Below are positions 9,370 through 19,506 of a DNA stretch of 64,000 bases, piece by piece. The stretch is from positions 38,980 through 102,979 of the forward strand of contig JAAVZT010000003.1 of assembly GCA_022791775.1 (NCBI GenBank). The letters are read 5' to 3'. The position numbers and the translations under genes were made by a program. The DNA comes from Bacilli bacterium. GTDB lineage: Bacteria > Bacillota_I > Bacilli_A > RF39 > UBA660. Position 1 is the stretch's first letter, and the number at the start of each line of letters is the position of its first letter. Under the pieces are notes generated by a model that ran no database searches, was not told where the DNA came from, and worked only from the letters and a program-made list of their open reading frames with translations.

Positions 9370-10002
9370 ATGGAACTAATCATTCTTGGCGAAAAAATTG
9401 AAGTAGTTATTGAAAGAAAAAAAAATAAAAATGTGTATCTTCGATTCATAGATGAATATACACTTCAAATCACATGTAATTCATTCATAAGTAAACATCA
9501 AATAGAAAAAATTATAAAACAAAATGAAACTTCAATAACCAAAATGTATCTTCAAAAGAAAAAAGAAAGAAGCGATTCTAAATACTTTAAATATTTAGGC
9601 AAAAACTATACTCCTATTTATGAAAGTAATAATTCTGAGATTAGATTTACTACAGACACGATTTATGCTAAAAATGAAAAAAGTTTACAAAAATTTTATC
9701 ATGCAGAATGTTTTCGTATTTTTCAAAATGAACTAGAACGCATTTTACCTTGCTTTACTAATATTCCAAAATTTACATTAAAAGTAAGAACCATGAAAAC
9801 AAGATGGGGAGTAAATAATTTTGGAAGCCATACGATTACATTAAATAGTGAGTTATTAAAAAAGGATTTAGATTTAATTGATTATGTAATCATTCATGAA
9901 TTGTGTCATTTTTATGAGCCAAATCACAGTCCAAGCTTTTGGAGACATGTAGAAGAATTTTATCCAAAATACAAAGACGCTAGAAAGCGGTTAAGAGGTT
10001 AA
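9370..10002 (+). CDS. YgjP/DUF45-family metal-dependent hydrolase (M48-like)
   Basis: HELCHF zinc motif near the C-terminus with WRHVEEFYP, which is typical of DUF45. Confidence 0.6.
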   Translation: MELIILGEKIEVVIERKKNKNVYLRFIDEYTLQITCNSFISKHQIEKIIKQNETSITKMYLQKKKERSDSKYFKYLGKNYTPIYESNNSEIRFTTDTIYAKNEKSLQKFYHAECFRIFQNELERILPCFTNIPKFTLKVRTMKTRWGVNNFGSHTITLNSELLKKDLDLIDYVIIHELCHFYEPNHSPSFWRHVEEFYPKYKDARKRLRG

Positions 10003-10004
10003 AA

Positions 10005-10745
10005 ATGAAAATAGAATCCTTACAAAACAAAAAAGTAAAAGAATGGCAAAAATTAAAAGAAAAAAAATATCGTGATCAAAATAAATGCTTTTTGATAGAA
10101 GGTGATCATCTTCTAAAAGAAGCCTTAAAAAAAGACTTAGTCCTAGAGATTATTTCTATAAACTCGCATTATGCGAATTTAAATCTTCCATTTTTTGAAG
10201 TAACGCCTAATATTTTGCAAAAGATATCGCAACAAAAAAGCATACCAGAAGTAATAGCTATTTGTAAAAAAATAGAAAGTCATGAAATATCAGGAAGCGT
10301 TTGTATTTTGGATGGAATCCAAGACCCAGGAAATTTAGGAACAATTATTCGAAGCGCTATAGCTTTTCATGTAGAAACGCTTATATTGAGCAAAGATACA
10401 GTTGATATATATAATGAAAAAGTATTACGAGCAACAGAAGGAATGATATTTCATATAAATTTTATTCGCGAAGATCTTGACAAAATAATTCCCCTATTAA
10501 AACAACAAAAATATAAAATATATGGAACCGATGTACAAACAGGTATTCCCTTAAATGAAGTGACTTTTTCTAAAAAAAAATGTATTATAATCGGAAATGA
10601 AGGAAACGGAATGAAGGAAAAACAAAAAAAAGAATGTGATTCATTAATTCATATTCCAATTAATCCTGAATGCGAAAGTTTAAATGCTGCGATTGCTACA
10701 AGTATTATATTTTATGAAATGAATAGAAGTGTTGGGATATCATGA
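10005..10745 (+). CDS. TrmH/SpoU-family RNA 2'-O-methyltransferase
   Basis: SpoU methylase motifs (GIQDPGNLGTIIRSA, IIGNEGNGM, ESLNAAIA). Adjacent to rimM. Confidence 0.7.
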   Translation: MKIESLQNKKVKEWQKLKEKKYRDQNKCFLIEGDHLLKEALKKDLVLEIISINSHYANLNLPFFEVTPNILQKISQQKSIPEVIAICKKIESHEISGSVCILDGIQDPGNLGTIIRSAIAFHVETLILSKDTVDIYNEKVLRATEGMIFHINFIREDLDKIIPLLKQQKYKIYGTDVQTGIPLNEVTFSKKKCIIIGNEGNGMKEKQKKECDSLIHIPINPECESLNAAIATSIIFYEMNRSVGIS

Positions 10746-11236
10746 CAAAAGTATATGTGGGGAAAATTGTAAACACTCATGGAATTAAAGGTGAACTGAG
10801 ACTATTAAGTGATTTTGACTATAAAGAACGAATTTTTGTTTCGGGAAGTAAGATATTTATTGGAACAGAGTATCAAAAAGAAATAATAAAATCATATCGT
10901 CGTCATAAAAAGTTCGATATGATTGAATTAGAAGGATACCAAAATATAAATGAAGTGTTAGCTTATGTAGGAAAAAAAGTATATTGCAATCGAGAGGATC
11001 TTTATTTAAATCAGAAGGAATATTTGCTAGAGGACTTACTCCATTGCCATATTATAGAAAATCGAATAAATTATGGAGAAGTAACAGAAATTGTCTATAA
11101 TAATAACAATATTTTATTAAAAGTAAAGTATCAGAATAAATTCTTTTATATTCCAAAACAAGAGTACTTTATAGAAAAAATAAATATAAATGAAAAAAAG
11201 ATTTATGTAAATCACGTGAAAGGTTTGATCTTATGA
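10742..11236 (+). CDS. rimM: 16S rRNA processing protein RimM
   Basis: VGKIVNTHGIKGELRL N-terminus. In an operon with trmD, with overlapping stop and start. Confidence 0.85.
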   Translation: MTKVYVGKIVNTHGIKGELRLLSDFDYKERIFVSGSKIFIGTEYQKEIIKSYRRHKKFDMIELEGYQNINEVLAYVGKKVYCNREDLYLNQKEYLLEDLLHCHIIENRINYGEVTEIVYNNNNILLKVKYQNKFFYIPKQEYFIEKININEKKIYVNHVKGLIL

Positions 11237-11910
11237 GAATTGATATCCTGACACTTTTTCCAACTATGTTTCAAGGATTTTTAAGTGAATCCATCATTCA
11301 TCGAGCAATCGAGCAAAAAATAGTAGAAATCAATTTAATTAATTTTCGAGAATTCTCAACTTTAAACAATCATCAAGTAGATGATACTCCTTATGGAGGA
11401 GGAGGAGGAATGGTTTTAAGAATAGAACCATTGGTTTCTGCATTAGAATCTGTGAAAAGTGAAAATTCAAAAGTAATTTTATTATCTCCACAAGGAAAAA
11501 CTTGGAACCAAAAAAAAGCTGAATCTTTAAGTCAAGAAAAACATCTGATTTTAATCTGTGGTCATTATGAAGGCTTTGATGAGCGAATTTATCACTATAT
11601 TGATGAAGAAATTTCTATCGGTGATTACGTACTAACAGGAGGAGAAATTCCCGCTATGGTACTTTCAGATAGTATCATTCGCTTACTTCCTGGAGTTATA
11701 AAAGAAAATTCATTTAAAAATGAGTCCTTTCAAAACAATTTATTAGATTTTCCAACTTATACAAAGCCATATGAATTTCAAGGATTAAAAGTACCAGATA
11801 TTTTATTAAGTGGAGATCATGCTAAAATTGCTTCTTGGCGTTATGAAATGCAAGTGAAAAAAACCAAAGAAAATCGCCAAGATTTACTAAGGAGCGAAAG
11901 TGATGAATAA
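11233..11910 (+). CDS. trmD: tRNA (guanine37-N1)-methyltransferase TrmD
   Basis: MRIDILTLFPTMF plus GGGGGMVL and the SPQG motif. Confidence 0.9.
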   Translation: MRIDILTLFPTMFQGFLSESIIHRAIEQKIVEINLINFREFSTLNNHQVDDTPYGGGGGMVLRIEPLVSALESVKSENSKVILLSPQGKTWNQKKAESLSQEKHLILICGHYEGFDERIYHYIDEEISIGDYVLTGGEIPAMVLSDSIIRLLPGVIKENSFKNESFQNNLLDFPTYTKPYEFQGLKVPDILLSGDHAKIASWRYEMQVKKTKENRQDLLRSESDE

Positions 11911-12364
11911 ATTTATTTTAGAGTCAGAAAAAAAGAAAATGAAATGTAAAAAAGTACTCAATAATTTGAATGGGCTTCGAATGCATCCGCATTTTAAAAA
12001 TAAACCAGCATTAATTTCTATTAAAGAAATTATAATTATAAGAGAAGATTTAAAAAAAATCATTATTATAAAGCGCTTCAATAAAACCTATCGTTCCTTA
12101 ATTTCAATTGTCTTAGATGTTACAAGTAGCGATAATGCGACATCTTCTGATTGTATGATAGCTTTAAACGAAGTACGAAAGTTAGGCAATATACTTGATC
12201 AAAAATATCAATGTGATCTAGAAAAGAAAGAATACGATAAATTACAGAAGAAATTAGAAATATTACAAACAAAATTAAAAGAGAAATTAGTAGAAATACG
12301 CACGAATATTTTGCTTGAACAAATGAAAGAAATGCAAGAAAAAGAAAAAGGAAAAAGCCGTTAA
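11900..12364 (+). CDS. hypothetical coiled-coil protein
   Basis: ORF only. Lys/Glu-rich C-terminal coiled coil. No recognisable family. Confidence 0.3.
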   Translation: MMNKFILESEKKKMKCKKVLNNLNGLRMHPHFKNKPALISIKEIIIIREDLKKIIIIKRFNKTYRSLISIVLDVTSSDNATSSDCMIALNEVRKLGNILDQKYQCDLEKKEYDKLQKKLEILQTKLKEKLVEIRTNILLEQMKEMQEKEKGKSR

Positions 12365-12394
12365 TAGAAAAACTTGGCAGTATAATAAAAATAT

Positions 12395-12473
12395 GGTATA
12401 CTAAAAAAATAAAATTTCTTCATCCGCTGAAAAAATTCATGATGAAGAGGAAAAAAGAAAGGAAATGATTTAA
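12395..12473 (+). promoter_or_regulatory. rplS 5' leader with a promoter-like TTGGCA...TATAAT and a hairpin (cttcatc...gatgaag). Possible L19 autoregulatory leader
   Basis: 7-bp inverted repeat at about 12421-12453, immediately upstream of the L19 gene. Firmicutes are known to carry an L19 leader structure upstream of rplS. Confidence 0.3.
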
Positions 12474-12815
12474 ATGACAAATCTCGTAGACAAAATTAAT
12501 AAGAAACATTTAAGACCTGATGTACCAGAATTCCGTGTTGGAGATACTGTTCGGGTTGATGTTTGGGTTAAAGAAGGAAAAAAGGAAAGAATCCAAGCTT
12601 TTGAGGGTTTAGTAGTAGCTAAAAAAGGCGGAAGTATATCAGAAACTTTCACCGTACGTAAAAAAAGTGGTGGTATTGGAGTAATTCGTGTATTTCCTGT
12701 AAATGCACCAACAATCGACAAAATCACAGTAGTGAAAAAAGGTAAAGTACGCCGTGCAAAACTAAACTTCATCAAAGGTATGAGAAAAGAATATAAAGTA
12801 AAAGAAAGAAATTAG
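12474..12815 (+). CDS. rplS: 50S ribosomal protein L19
   Basis: Full-length match to the L19 consensus (RPDVPEFRVGDTVRV...GGIGVIRVFPVNAP). Confidence 0.95.
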   Translation: MTNLVDKINKKHLRPDVPEFRVGDTVRVDVWVKEGKKERIQAFEGLVVAKKGGSISETFTVRKKSGGIGVIRVFPVNAPTIDKITVVKKGKVRRAKLNFIKGMRKEYKVKERN

Positions 12816-12838
12816 GGGTAAAAACCTAATTTTTTTTA
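12811..12838 (+). terminator. rho-independent terminator after rplS
   Basis: attagg/cctaat stem followed by T8. Confidence 0.55.
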
Positions 12839-12939
12839 CTGTTTCAAAAAGCTTCAAAGAAAAATGTAAATTTCAAAAACAATTATTGCTTTTTGTAAAA
12901 GAGGAAAAAATAAGATATAATGATAAAGGAAGTGATAAA

Positions 12940-13419
12940 GTGAAATTAGGAAAAGAGTTATTACCTTATATTGGCATCTTACTTATTGTAATATTAGTGC
13001 GAACATTTATTGTCACCCCCATTAAAGTAAATGGGTCTAGTATGTATAAAACTTTAAATGGAAATGAAATTATGTTATTGTGGAAAAACAAAAAATGGGA
13101 ACGATTTGATATTATAGTAGCCAAAACACCGACAGATACCTTAATTAAAAGACTATATGCTTTTCCAAATGAAAGCATTGAATGTAAAAATGGAGACATT
13201 TATATTAATGATACAAAAATAGAAGATCCTTATGGATTCGGAGAAACAGAAGATTTTGAAAAAATCATTTTAAAAGAGGATGAATATTTTATAATGGGTG
13301 ACAATCGCCTTATTTCATTAGATAGTAGAAGAATTGGTGCCATCACAAAAGATCAAATTGAAGGAGTCACAGATTTTATCTTATTTCCATTTTCAAAATT
13401 TGGAAAGACAAAAAATTAG
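12940..13419 (+). CDS. lepB: signal peptidase I. The probable start is the GTG at 12940. The six-frame ORF begins at 12886
   Basis: GSSMYKTL box B (catalytic Ser) and GDNRLISLDSR box E. AAGGAAG lies 7 nt before the GTG. Confidence 0.8.
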   Translation: MKLGKELLPYIGILLIVILVRTFIVTPIKVNGSSMYKTLNGNEIMLLWKNKKWERFDIIVAKTPTDTLIKRLYAFPNESIECKNGDIYINDTKIEDPYGFGETEDFEKIILKEDEYFIMGDNRLISLDSRRIGAITKDQIEGVTDFILFPFSKFGKTKN

Positions 13420-13422
13420 GAA

Positions 13423-14028
13423 GTGAAAAAGATGAAAAAATTGTTATTTGCTACAAACAATGAAAGTAAAATTAATATATTTCGTGAGAAATTATCAAAA
13501 CATGGAATTAAGCTTTTAAGTTTAAAAGATGTAAATATAACATTAGAACTAGAAGAAGACGGAACGTCTGCCATTGAAAATGCATTAAAAAAAGCTCGAG
13601 AAGGATATCTTAAAACTGGATTACCAACAATAGGAATGGACGATACGTTATATTTAGAAAACATACCAAAATCGAAACAACCTGGTTTATTTGTAAGAAG
13701 AGTAAATGGTAAAACTTTAACGGATGAAGAAATGATAAAATATTATACAAACTTAGTAAAAGAATATGGAAAAAAAGGCAAAATAAATAGTAAATGGATA
13801 TATGGTTTCGCAATTATAAATGAAAATGGCATAGAAAAAACTTATTCATGGGAAAAAAGCGACTTTTTTCTAGTAGAATCAGCATCAAAAGTAAGAAATT
13901 TAGGCTATCCTTTAAATTCTATTTCAATAGACAAAAAATCACAAAAATACTTTTCCGAAATGAAACAAGAAGAAAAAACAGTAACAACATACGATAGAGT
14001 AATTCAATTTATTAAAGAAAATATTTGA
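13423..14028 (+). CDS. divergent Ham1/RdgB-like non-canonical purine NTP pyrophosphatase family protein
   Basis: LFATNNESKINIF resembles ATxNxGKxxE, and GMDDTL resembles ADDSGL. The C-terminal half is divergent. Confidence 0.4.
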   Translation: MKKMKKLLFATNNESKINIFREKLSKHGIKLLSLKDVNITLELEEDGTSAIENALKKAREGYLKTGLPTIGMDDTLYLENIPKSKQPGLFVRRVNGKTLTDEEMIKYYTNLVKEYGKKGKINSKWIYGFAIINENGIEKTYSWEKSDFFLVESASKVRNLGYPLNSISIDKKSQKYFSEMKQEEKTVTTYDRVIQFIKENI

Positions 14029-14702
14029 TAAAAGAAACGGTGAAGCGAATGGCTAAAATAATTCAAAAAGAAGAAATGAATTCTGCCCAAATCTTAGAAA
14101 TAGCAGAAGCTTTAAAAAATGGAAAATTAATTGTTTTCCCCACAGATACTGTTTATGGAATTGGAACCAATGCTTTTGATTCAGTAGCTTGTGAAAAGAT
14201 TTATCAAGCAAAAAATAGACCAAAACATAAACCTCTACTTGTTTTAATTTCAGATATATCCATGTTAAAAGAAATGGTAAACGAAATATCTTTAACAGAA
14301 CAAAAATTAATGGCTCATTTTTGGCCAGGTTCTTTAACAATAAAGTTTAAAAAAAAGAATAAAATACTACCTGATATCATATCTGCCAATGACGATTATG
14401 TCAGAGTACGAATGATCAAAGAAGGAGTTATTTTTAAAATAATTCAAACCGCTAAAATTCCTATCGTCGCCCCTAGTGCAAACTTATCCGGAAGTTTAAC
14501 TGGTACAAAAATTGAAAATATAAAAAGAGAATTAGAAGATAAAGTGGATTATATTTTAGATTACGGTGATATAGAAAGTGATATTACTTCAACTATTGTT
14601 CAGGTAGAAAAAGAAGAAATAATGATCTTGCGAGAAGGAAAAATAACAAAAGAAGAATTAGCTAAAATAGCCCCAATAAAAGAAGAGGATATGGAATTAT
14701 AG
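14025..14702 (+). CDS. tsaC: L-threonylcarbamoyladenylate synthase, YrdC/TsaC/YwlC family (short form)
   Basis: VFPTDTVYGIGTNAFD and IVAPSANLSG motifs of the YrdC domain. Confidence 0.75.
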   Translation: MIKETVKRMAKIIQKEEMNSAQILEIAEALKNGKLIVFPTDTVYGIGTNAFDSVACEKIYQAKNRPKHKPLLVLISDISMLKEMVNEISLTEQKLMAHFWPGSLTIKFKKKNKILPDIISANDDYVRVRMIKEGVIFKIIQTAKIPIVAPSANLSGSLTGTKIENIKRELEDKVDYILDYGDIESDITSTIVQVEKEEIMILREGKITKEELAKIAPIKEEDMEL

Positions 14703-14760
14703 AGGTCTTGTAAATAGAAATTGTTAAAAATTTATATAAATAATAGAAAAGGATGAAAAT

Positions 14761-15288
14761 ATGATAATCAATTATTCGGATCAAGAGATTATAAAGGGAA
14801 AAAAATCTATATTTTTAGCGGGGCCAACTCCACGAGCTGATAAAGATGCTTCATGGCGAACAGAGGCTTGTCAAATTTTAGAACAAATGGGATTTGATGG
14901 AGTAGTTTATGTTCCCGAATACTCTACTTGGAAACCTAAAGAAGATTATGTTGATCAAGCAATGTGGGAAAGAATTGCTTTAACGAATGCTACAGTAATA
15001 TCATTTTGGGTGCCTAGAAAATTACCAGAAATGTCAGCTTTTACTACAAATGTTGAATTTGGATATTGGCTACATAGTGGAAAAGTTATTTATGGAAGGC
15101 CAAATAATGCTTCTAAAATCAAATATCTTGACTGGTTATATAGATTAGACTATGATCAAAATCCTTATGAAAATCTACAACCGTTATTAGAGGCATCAGT
15201 AGAATTAGTAAATAATTTATATGATGAACAAATAAGTGAAATAATACCATTAGGAGAAAGAAAAATGATAAAAAAACTAAGGAAGTGA
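14761..15288 (+). CDS. nucleoside 2-deoxyribosyltransferase-like (YtoQ/NDT-type Rossmann) protein
   Basis: FLAGP near the N-terminus and NVEFGYW, which resembles the ELGYA active-site region of NDTs. Weak. Confidence 0.35.
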   Translation: MIINYSDQEIIKGKKSIFLAGPTPRADKDASWRTEACQILEQMGFDGVVYVPEYSTWKPKEDYVDQAMWERIALTNATVISFWVPRKLPEMSAFTTNVEFGYWLHSGKVIYGRPNNASKIKYLDWLYRLDYDQNPYENLQPLLEASVELVNNLYDEQISEIIPLGERKMIKKLRK

Positions 15289-16148
15289 TAAAAATGAACA
15301 ATAATCAACAAAAAACGATAATTAACTGGTTTCCTGGTCATATGGCCAAAGCAAGAAGATTAATTCAAGAAAAATATGATTTAATTGATATTGTTTATGA
15401 AGTAGTAGATGCAAGAATACCGTTATCTTCAAAAATTAAAGATATTTATAATATTATTGGGAAAAAGCCAAAAATATTAATTATGACTAAAAAAGATTTG
15501 TGCGACGAAAAAGCAACAAATTATTGGGTAAAATATTACGAAAATTTAGGAAATAATGTATTATTAGTAGATCTCAATAACAAAGACGACTATCAAAAAA
15601 TTACAGATATGACAAAAAAATTAATGAAAGACACACAAGATAAGCGCTTAAAAAAAGGGATGAAAGAAAAAGAAATTAAAGCCTTAGTAATAGGTATTCC
15701 AAATGTAGGAAAAAGTACATTAATTAATCGAATGTGTGAACGGAAAGCAGCTATGGTAGGAAATAATCCTGGAGTCACACAAAGTTTAACTTGGCTGAAA
15801 ACCAAAAGTGACATTTTATTACTAGATACTCCCGGAATTTTGTGGCCTAAATTAGAAAATCAGGAAATTGCTTTAAATCTAGCAACATTTGCAGCAATTA
15901 AACAAGAAATACTGCCTATTGATGATGTAGCTATACATATTATTAAGAAACTGCACACGTACTATCCCAAAATTTTAAAAGAGCGATATGATGTCAAAAA
16001 TATAGAAGATTTTGAAGAAGTTTATGAAATTATTGGCAAAAAAATCGGTGCAATGAAAAATCATGAACCTGATTATGAGCGAATTAGTAGTCGAATTGTA
16101 AATGATATAAAATCAGAATATATTAAAGGAGTAACATTTGACCGGTGA
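15285..16148 (+). CDS. rbgA: ribosome biogenesis GTPase A (YlqF)
   Basis: INWFPGHMAKA, G4-G1-G3 circular permutation (TKKDL...GIPNVGKST...DTPG). Confidence 0.85.
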   Translation: MIKMNNNQQKTIINWFPGHMAKARRLIQEKYDLIDIVYEVVDARIPLSSKIKDIYNIIGKKPKILIMTKKDLCDEKATNYWVKYYENLGNNVLLVDLNNKDDYQKITDMTKKLMKDTQDKRLKKGMKEKEIKALVIGIPNVGKSTLINRMCERKAAMVGNNPGVTQSLTWLKTKSDILLLDTPGILWPKLENQEIALNLATFAAIKQEILPIDDVAIHIIKKLHTYYPKILKERYDVKNIEDFEEVYEIIGKKIGAMKNHEPDYERISSRIVNDIKSEYIKGVTFDR

Positions 16149-16798
16149 AAACAAAAGAAAAAATTGACTTACGTTCTTATGAAAAAAGATTATGGTTAGA
16201 AGGATTTGAATACATTGCAGGAGTAGATGAAGCAGGAAGAGGTCCATTGGTAGGACCAGTTGTTGCAGGAGCTGTTATTCTTCCTAAAAACTATGATTTA
16301 GAAGGATTGAATGATTCCAAACAATTAAGTGAAAAAAAAAGAGAAAAGTATTATGAAATAATTTTAAAAGATGCCATTGCATATGGAATCGGAATTGTGG
16401 ACGCAAAAACAATTGACGAAATAAACATTTATAACGCCAGTCGATTAGCTATGAATAAGGCCTTAGAAAATTTACAAATAAAACCCCAATATGTGCTTTC
16501 AGATGCCATGCCTTTATCCTTAGAAATTCCATCCGTTCCAATTATCCATGGGGATGCATTATCCATAAGTATTGCGGCCGGCAGTGTAATAGCGAAAGTG
16601 ACAAGAGACCGATTAATGGTGGAATTGGACAAATTACATCCAGAGTATGAATTTAAAAATCACAAAGGATATCCAACGAAAAGACATTTAGAATTACTAA
16701 AAAAATATGGGCCCTTAGATAATTATCGGTTTACATATAAGCCTGTTCGTGATTTAATGGGAAAAGAAGAAAGACAAAAGGAGGAAGAGAAACGTTGA
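16145..16798 (+). CDS. rnhB: ribonuclease HII
   Basis: AGVDEAGRGPLVGPVVAGAVIL is the canonical RNase HII motif. Confidence 0.9.
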   Translation: MKTKEKIDLRSYEKRLWLEGFEYIAGVDEAGRGPLVGPVVAGAVILPKNYDLEGLNDSKQLSEKKREKYYEIILKDAIAYGIGIVDAKTIDEINIYNASRLAMNKALENLQIKPQYVLSDAMPLSLEIPSVPIIHGDALSISIAAGSVIAKVTRDRLMVELDKLHPEYEFKNHKGYPTKRHLELLKKYGPLDNYRFTYKPVRDLMGKEERQKEEEKR

Positions 16799-18828
16799 AA
16801 AAATTAGTAATTGTCGAATCCCCACATAAATGCAAACCAATTGGGGCATACTTGGGTTCAGAATATAAAGTAGTATCATCCAAAGGTCACATTAGAGATT
16901 TGGCTACCACTGGAAAATTTGGCCTTGGAGTTGATGTGGAAAATGAATTTGAGCCAAATTATGTCCCGATTAAAGGAAAAAAACAAGTAATTACAGAATT
17001 AAAAAAAGATGTCAAAAACGCCAGTTTTGTTTATCTAGCTACCGACCCAGATCGAGAAGGTGAAGCCATTAGTTGGCATCTAAAAGAAGCATTAGAGATT
17101 AAAGAAGAAAATTATGAACGTGTTACCTTTAACGAAATTACTAAAAATGTAGTGCAAAACGCTTTTAATGAAACACGAAAGATAGATGACAATTTAGTAA
17201 AAAGTCAAGAGACAAGAAGAATATTAGACCGAATTATAGGTTTTCGCTTAAGTAAATTAATGCAAGCTAAAACAGGCGGAAAAAGTGCAGGGCGTGTTCA
17301 AAGTGTTGCCTTAAAGCTAATTGTGGATCGAGAAAGAGAAATCGAAGCATTTAAACCAGAAGAGTATTGGACGATTGAAGCAGATTTTAAAGAATTTGTA
17401 GCAACATTAGAAAAATATCGTGGCAAAAAAATAGAAATTCATGGTGAAAAAGAAGCTGATGACATTTTATCACAATTATCAAAATCATTTCGTATAGAAA
17501 GTGTAGATTCAAAAGATACCAAAAAAGCTAGCAAACCAGCATTCATTACATCTACTCTTCAACGAATGGCTGCGACAAGTATTAATTTTGCTCCATCTAA
17601 AACAATGCGAATTGCTCAAAAATTGTATGAAGGAGTAGAATTAGAACATGAAACAGTAGGATTGATTACTTATATGAGAACCGACTCGGAAAGATTATCT
17701 CCAGAATTTGTAACGGATACCATGAATTATATAAAAAACAAATACGGAGAACAATATGTTGGAAGTGTGAAAATTCCAAAAGGTAAAAAAAACATGCAAG
17801 ATGCACACGAAGCCATTCGTCCAACTAGTATTTTAAGAACTCCCGATTCGATTAAAGCTTATATATCAAATGAAGAATATAAATTATATAAACTAATTTA
17901 TGATCGCACCCTAGCTAGTTTAATGGCAAGTGCAACATCACTATCTACAACAGTTATCTTAGAAAATAATGGATATACCTTTAAAACGACAGGAAGTATA
18001 TTAAAATTTGACGGATATTTAAAAATATATTCTCCTTATGAAGAAACCAAAGATGTTATCTTACCAAATTTTGCAAACTACAAAAGCGAAGTAATCATTG
18101 CGAATGATATTTTAAAATATCAGCATTTTACAAAACCTCTTCCAAGATTTTCAGAAAGTTCTTTAATTAAAGAATTAGAAAGTTTAGGAATTGGTCGCCC
18201 TAGTACTTATGCTACCATTGTCCAAACAATTAAAGAACGGGGTTACGTAATATTAGAAGATAAAAAGTTTCAACCGACCGAAATCGGAAGAGAAACTACC
18301 GATAAACTTCAAGAATTTTTTAGTGATATCGTTAATGTCAAATATACAGCAAATATGGAATCAGATTTGGACGAAATAGCAGAAGATAAAATGGAAAGCC
18401 TTCAAGTTTTACAAGAATTCTATGATCAATTTGAACCGTTAGTAGAAAAGGCATTCCAGCAAATGGAAAAGAAAGAAGCAGAAAAAACAGGAGAAATATG
18501 TCCTGAATGTGGAAGTGACTTAGTAATCCGAAAAGGAAAGTATGGCGAATTTGTAGCGTGCTCAAATTATCCAAATTGTAAATATATCAAAAAAGAAGAG
18601 ATAGAAAAAAAATCTATCATAGATTGTCCAAAATGTGGAAAAGAAATTATTGAAAAAAGAACGCGAAAAGGGAAGATTTTTTATGGCTGTACAGGATATC
18701 CGAATTGTGATTTTGCAACTTGGTATAAACCAACCAATGAAAAATGTACAAATTGCGGAAATATTTTAGTGGAAAAAAAAGATGGACTAGAATGCTTAGA
18801 ATGTAAAAATAAAAACGAGGCAAAATAA
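16795..18828 (+). CDS. topA: DNA topoisomerase I
   Basis: TOPRIM N-terminus (LVIVESPHKCKPI, DPDREGEAISWH), catalytic-Tyr region and C-terminal CxxC zinc ribbons. Confidence 0.9.
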   Translation: MKKLVIVESPHKCKPIGAYLGSEYKVVSSKGHIRDLATTGKFGLGVDVENEFEPNYVPIKGKKQVITELKKDVKNASFVYLATDPDREGEAISWHLKEALEIKEENYERVTFNEITKNVVQNAFNETRKIDDNLVKSQETRRILDRIIGFRLSKLMQAKTGGKSAGRVQSVALKLIVDREREIEAFKPEEYWTIEADFKEFVATLEKYRGKKIEIHGEKEADDILSQLSKSFRIESVDSKDTKKASKPAFITSTLQRMAATSINFAPSKTMRIAQKLYEGVELEHETVGLITYMRTDSERLSPEFVTDTMNYIKNKYGEQYVGSVKIPKGKKNMQDAHEAIRPTSILRTPDSIKAYISNEEYKLYKLIYDRTLASLMASATSLSTTVILENNGYTFKTTGSILKFDGYLKIYSPYEETKDVILPNFANYKSEVIIANDILKYQHFTKPLPRFSESSLIKELESLGIGRPSTYATIVQTIKERGYVILEDKKFQPTEIGRETTDKLQEFFSDIVNVKYTANMESDLDEIAEDKMESLQVLQEFYDQFEPLVEKAFQQMEKKEAEKTGEICPECGSDLVIRKGKYGEFVACSNYPNCKYIKKEEIEKKSIIDCPKCGKEIIEKRTRKGKIFYGCTGYPNCDFATWYKPTNEKCTNCGNILVEKKDGLECLECKNKNEAK

Positions 18829-18865
18829 TTACAAATGTTAAAGTAATGAAAGAGAAAGGAATATT

Positions 18866-19498
18866 ATGCAATACTTTTTATGTCTAGAATATAAAGAACC
18901 TAAAAAAGATTATGGAAAAAGCTATATCTCATTTGACCAAAATGGACTAATCTTTGAAAAATTGTATAGTTATTCCTTAGAACAAATTGATGCTTTTTTA
19001 GCAAAGCATCCCTTATTAGAAATTCTAAAGTCATTGCAAGAAGCAAATGTAATATACTTTTTAAAGGAAATACCTGATTTAAGATATATAACATTATCCA
19101 TTCATTATTTTGAAGAAAAAAAAGAACGACATTTAAACGTGCTAGAAAATGGAGTTTTTGCTTTTGATTTAAATAATTTTTTGCAGCAAGAATTAACCTA
19201 TGAGATGAGAAAAAATTTATTCAATCATTTTGGAGGTTATTATAACAAAAATAGCACAAGCGAAAAAATGAAATGCTTTATTCGAAGTTTAAAGACAGAA
19301 GATATTAAAATAATCTTCCAAAATTATCAACTGTTGCAATATGAAGAGCAAAGAAAAGTAAAAAGTATTATCTATAAATTTGCACCATCAAAATATCAAC
19401 AAAAATTTGAAAGATTACATAATTTTAAATTAAATGGTGATCAAAAAGATGTTTTAAAACCCACTTATTCTTTAAAAAAGTACCAAAGAGAGGAGTAG
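18866..19498 (+). CDS. hypothetical protein
   Basis: ORF only. No recognisable motifs. Confidence 0.35.
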   Translation: MQYFLCLEYKEPKKDYGKSYISFDQNGLIFEKLYSYSLEQIDAFLAKHPLLEILKSLQEANVIYFLKEIPDLRYITLSIHYFEEKKERHLNVLENGVFAFDLNNFLQQELTYEMRKNLFNHFGGYYNKNSTSEKMKCFIRSLKTEDIKIIFQNYQLLQYEEQRKVKSIIYKFAPSKYQQKFERLHNFKLNGDQKDVLKPTYSLKKYQREE

Positions 19499-19506
19499 AA
19501 GTCAAA

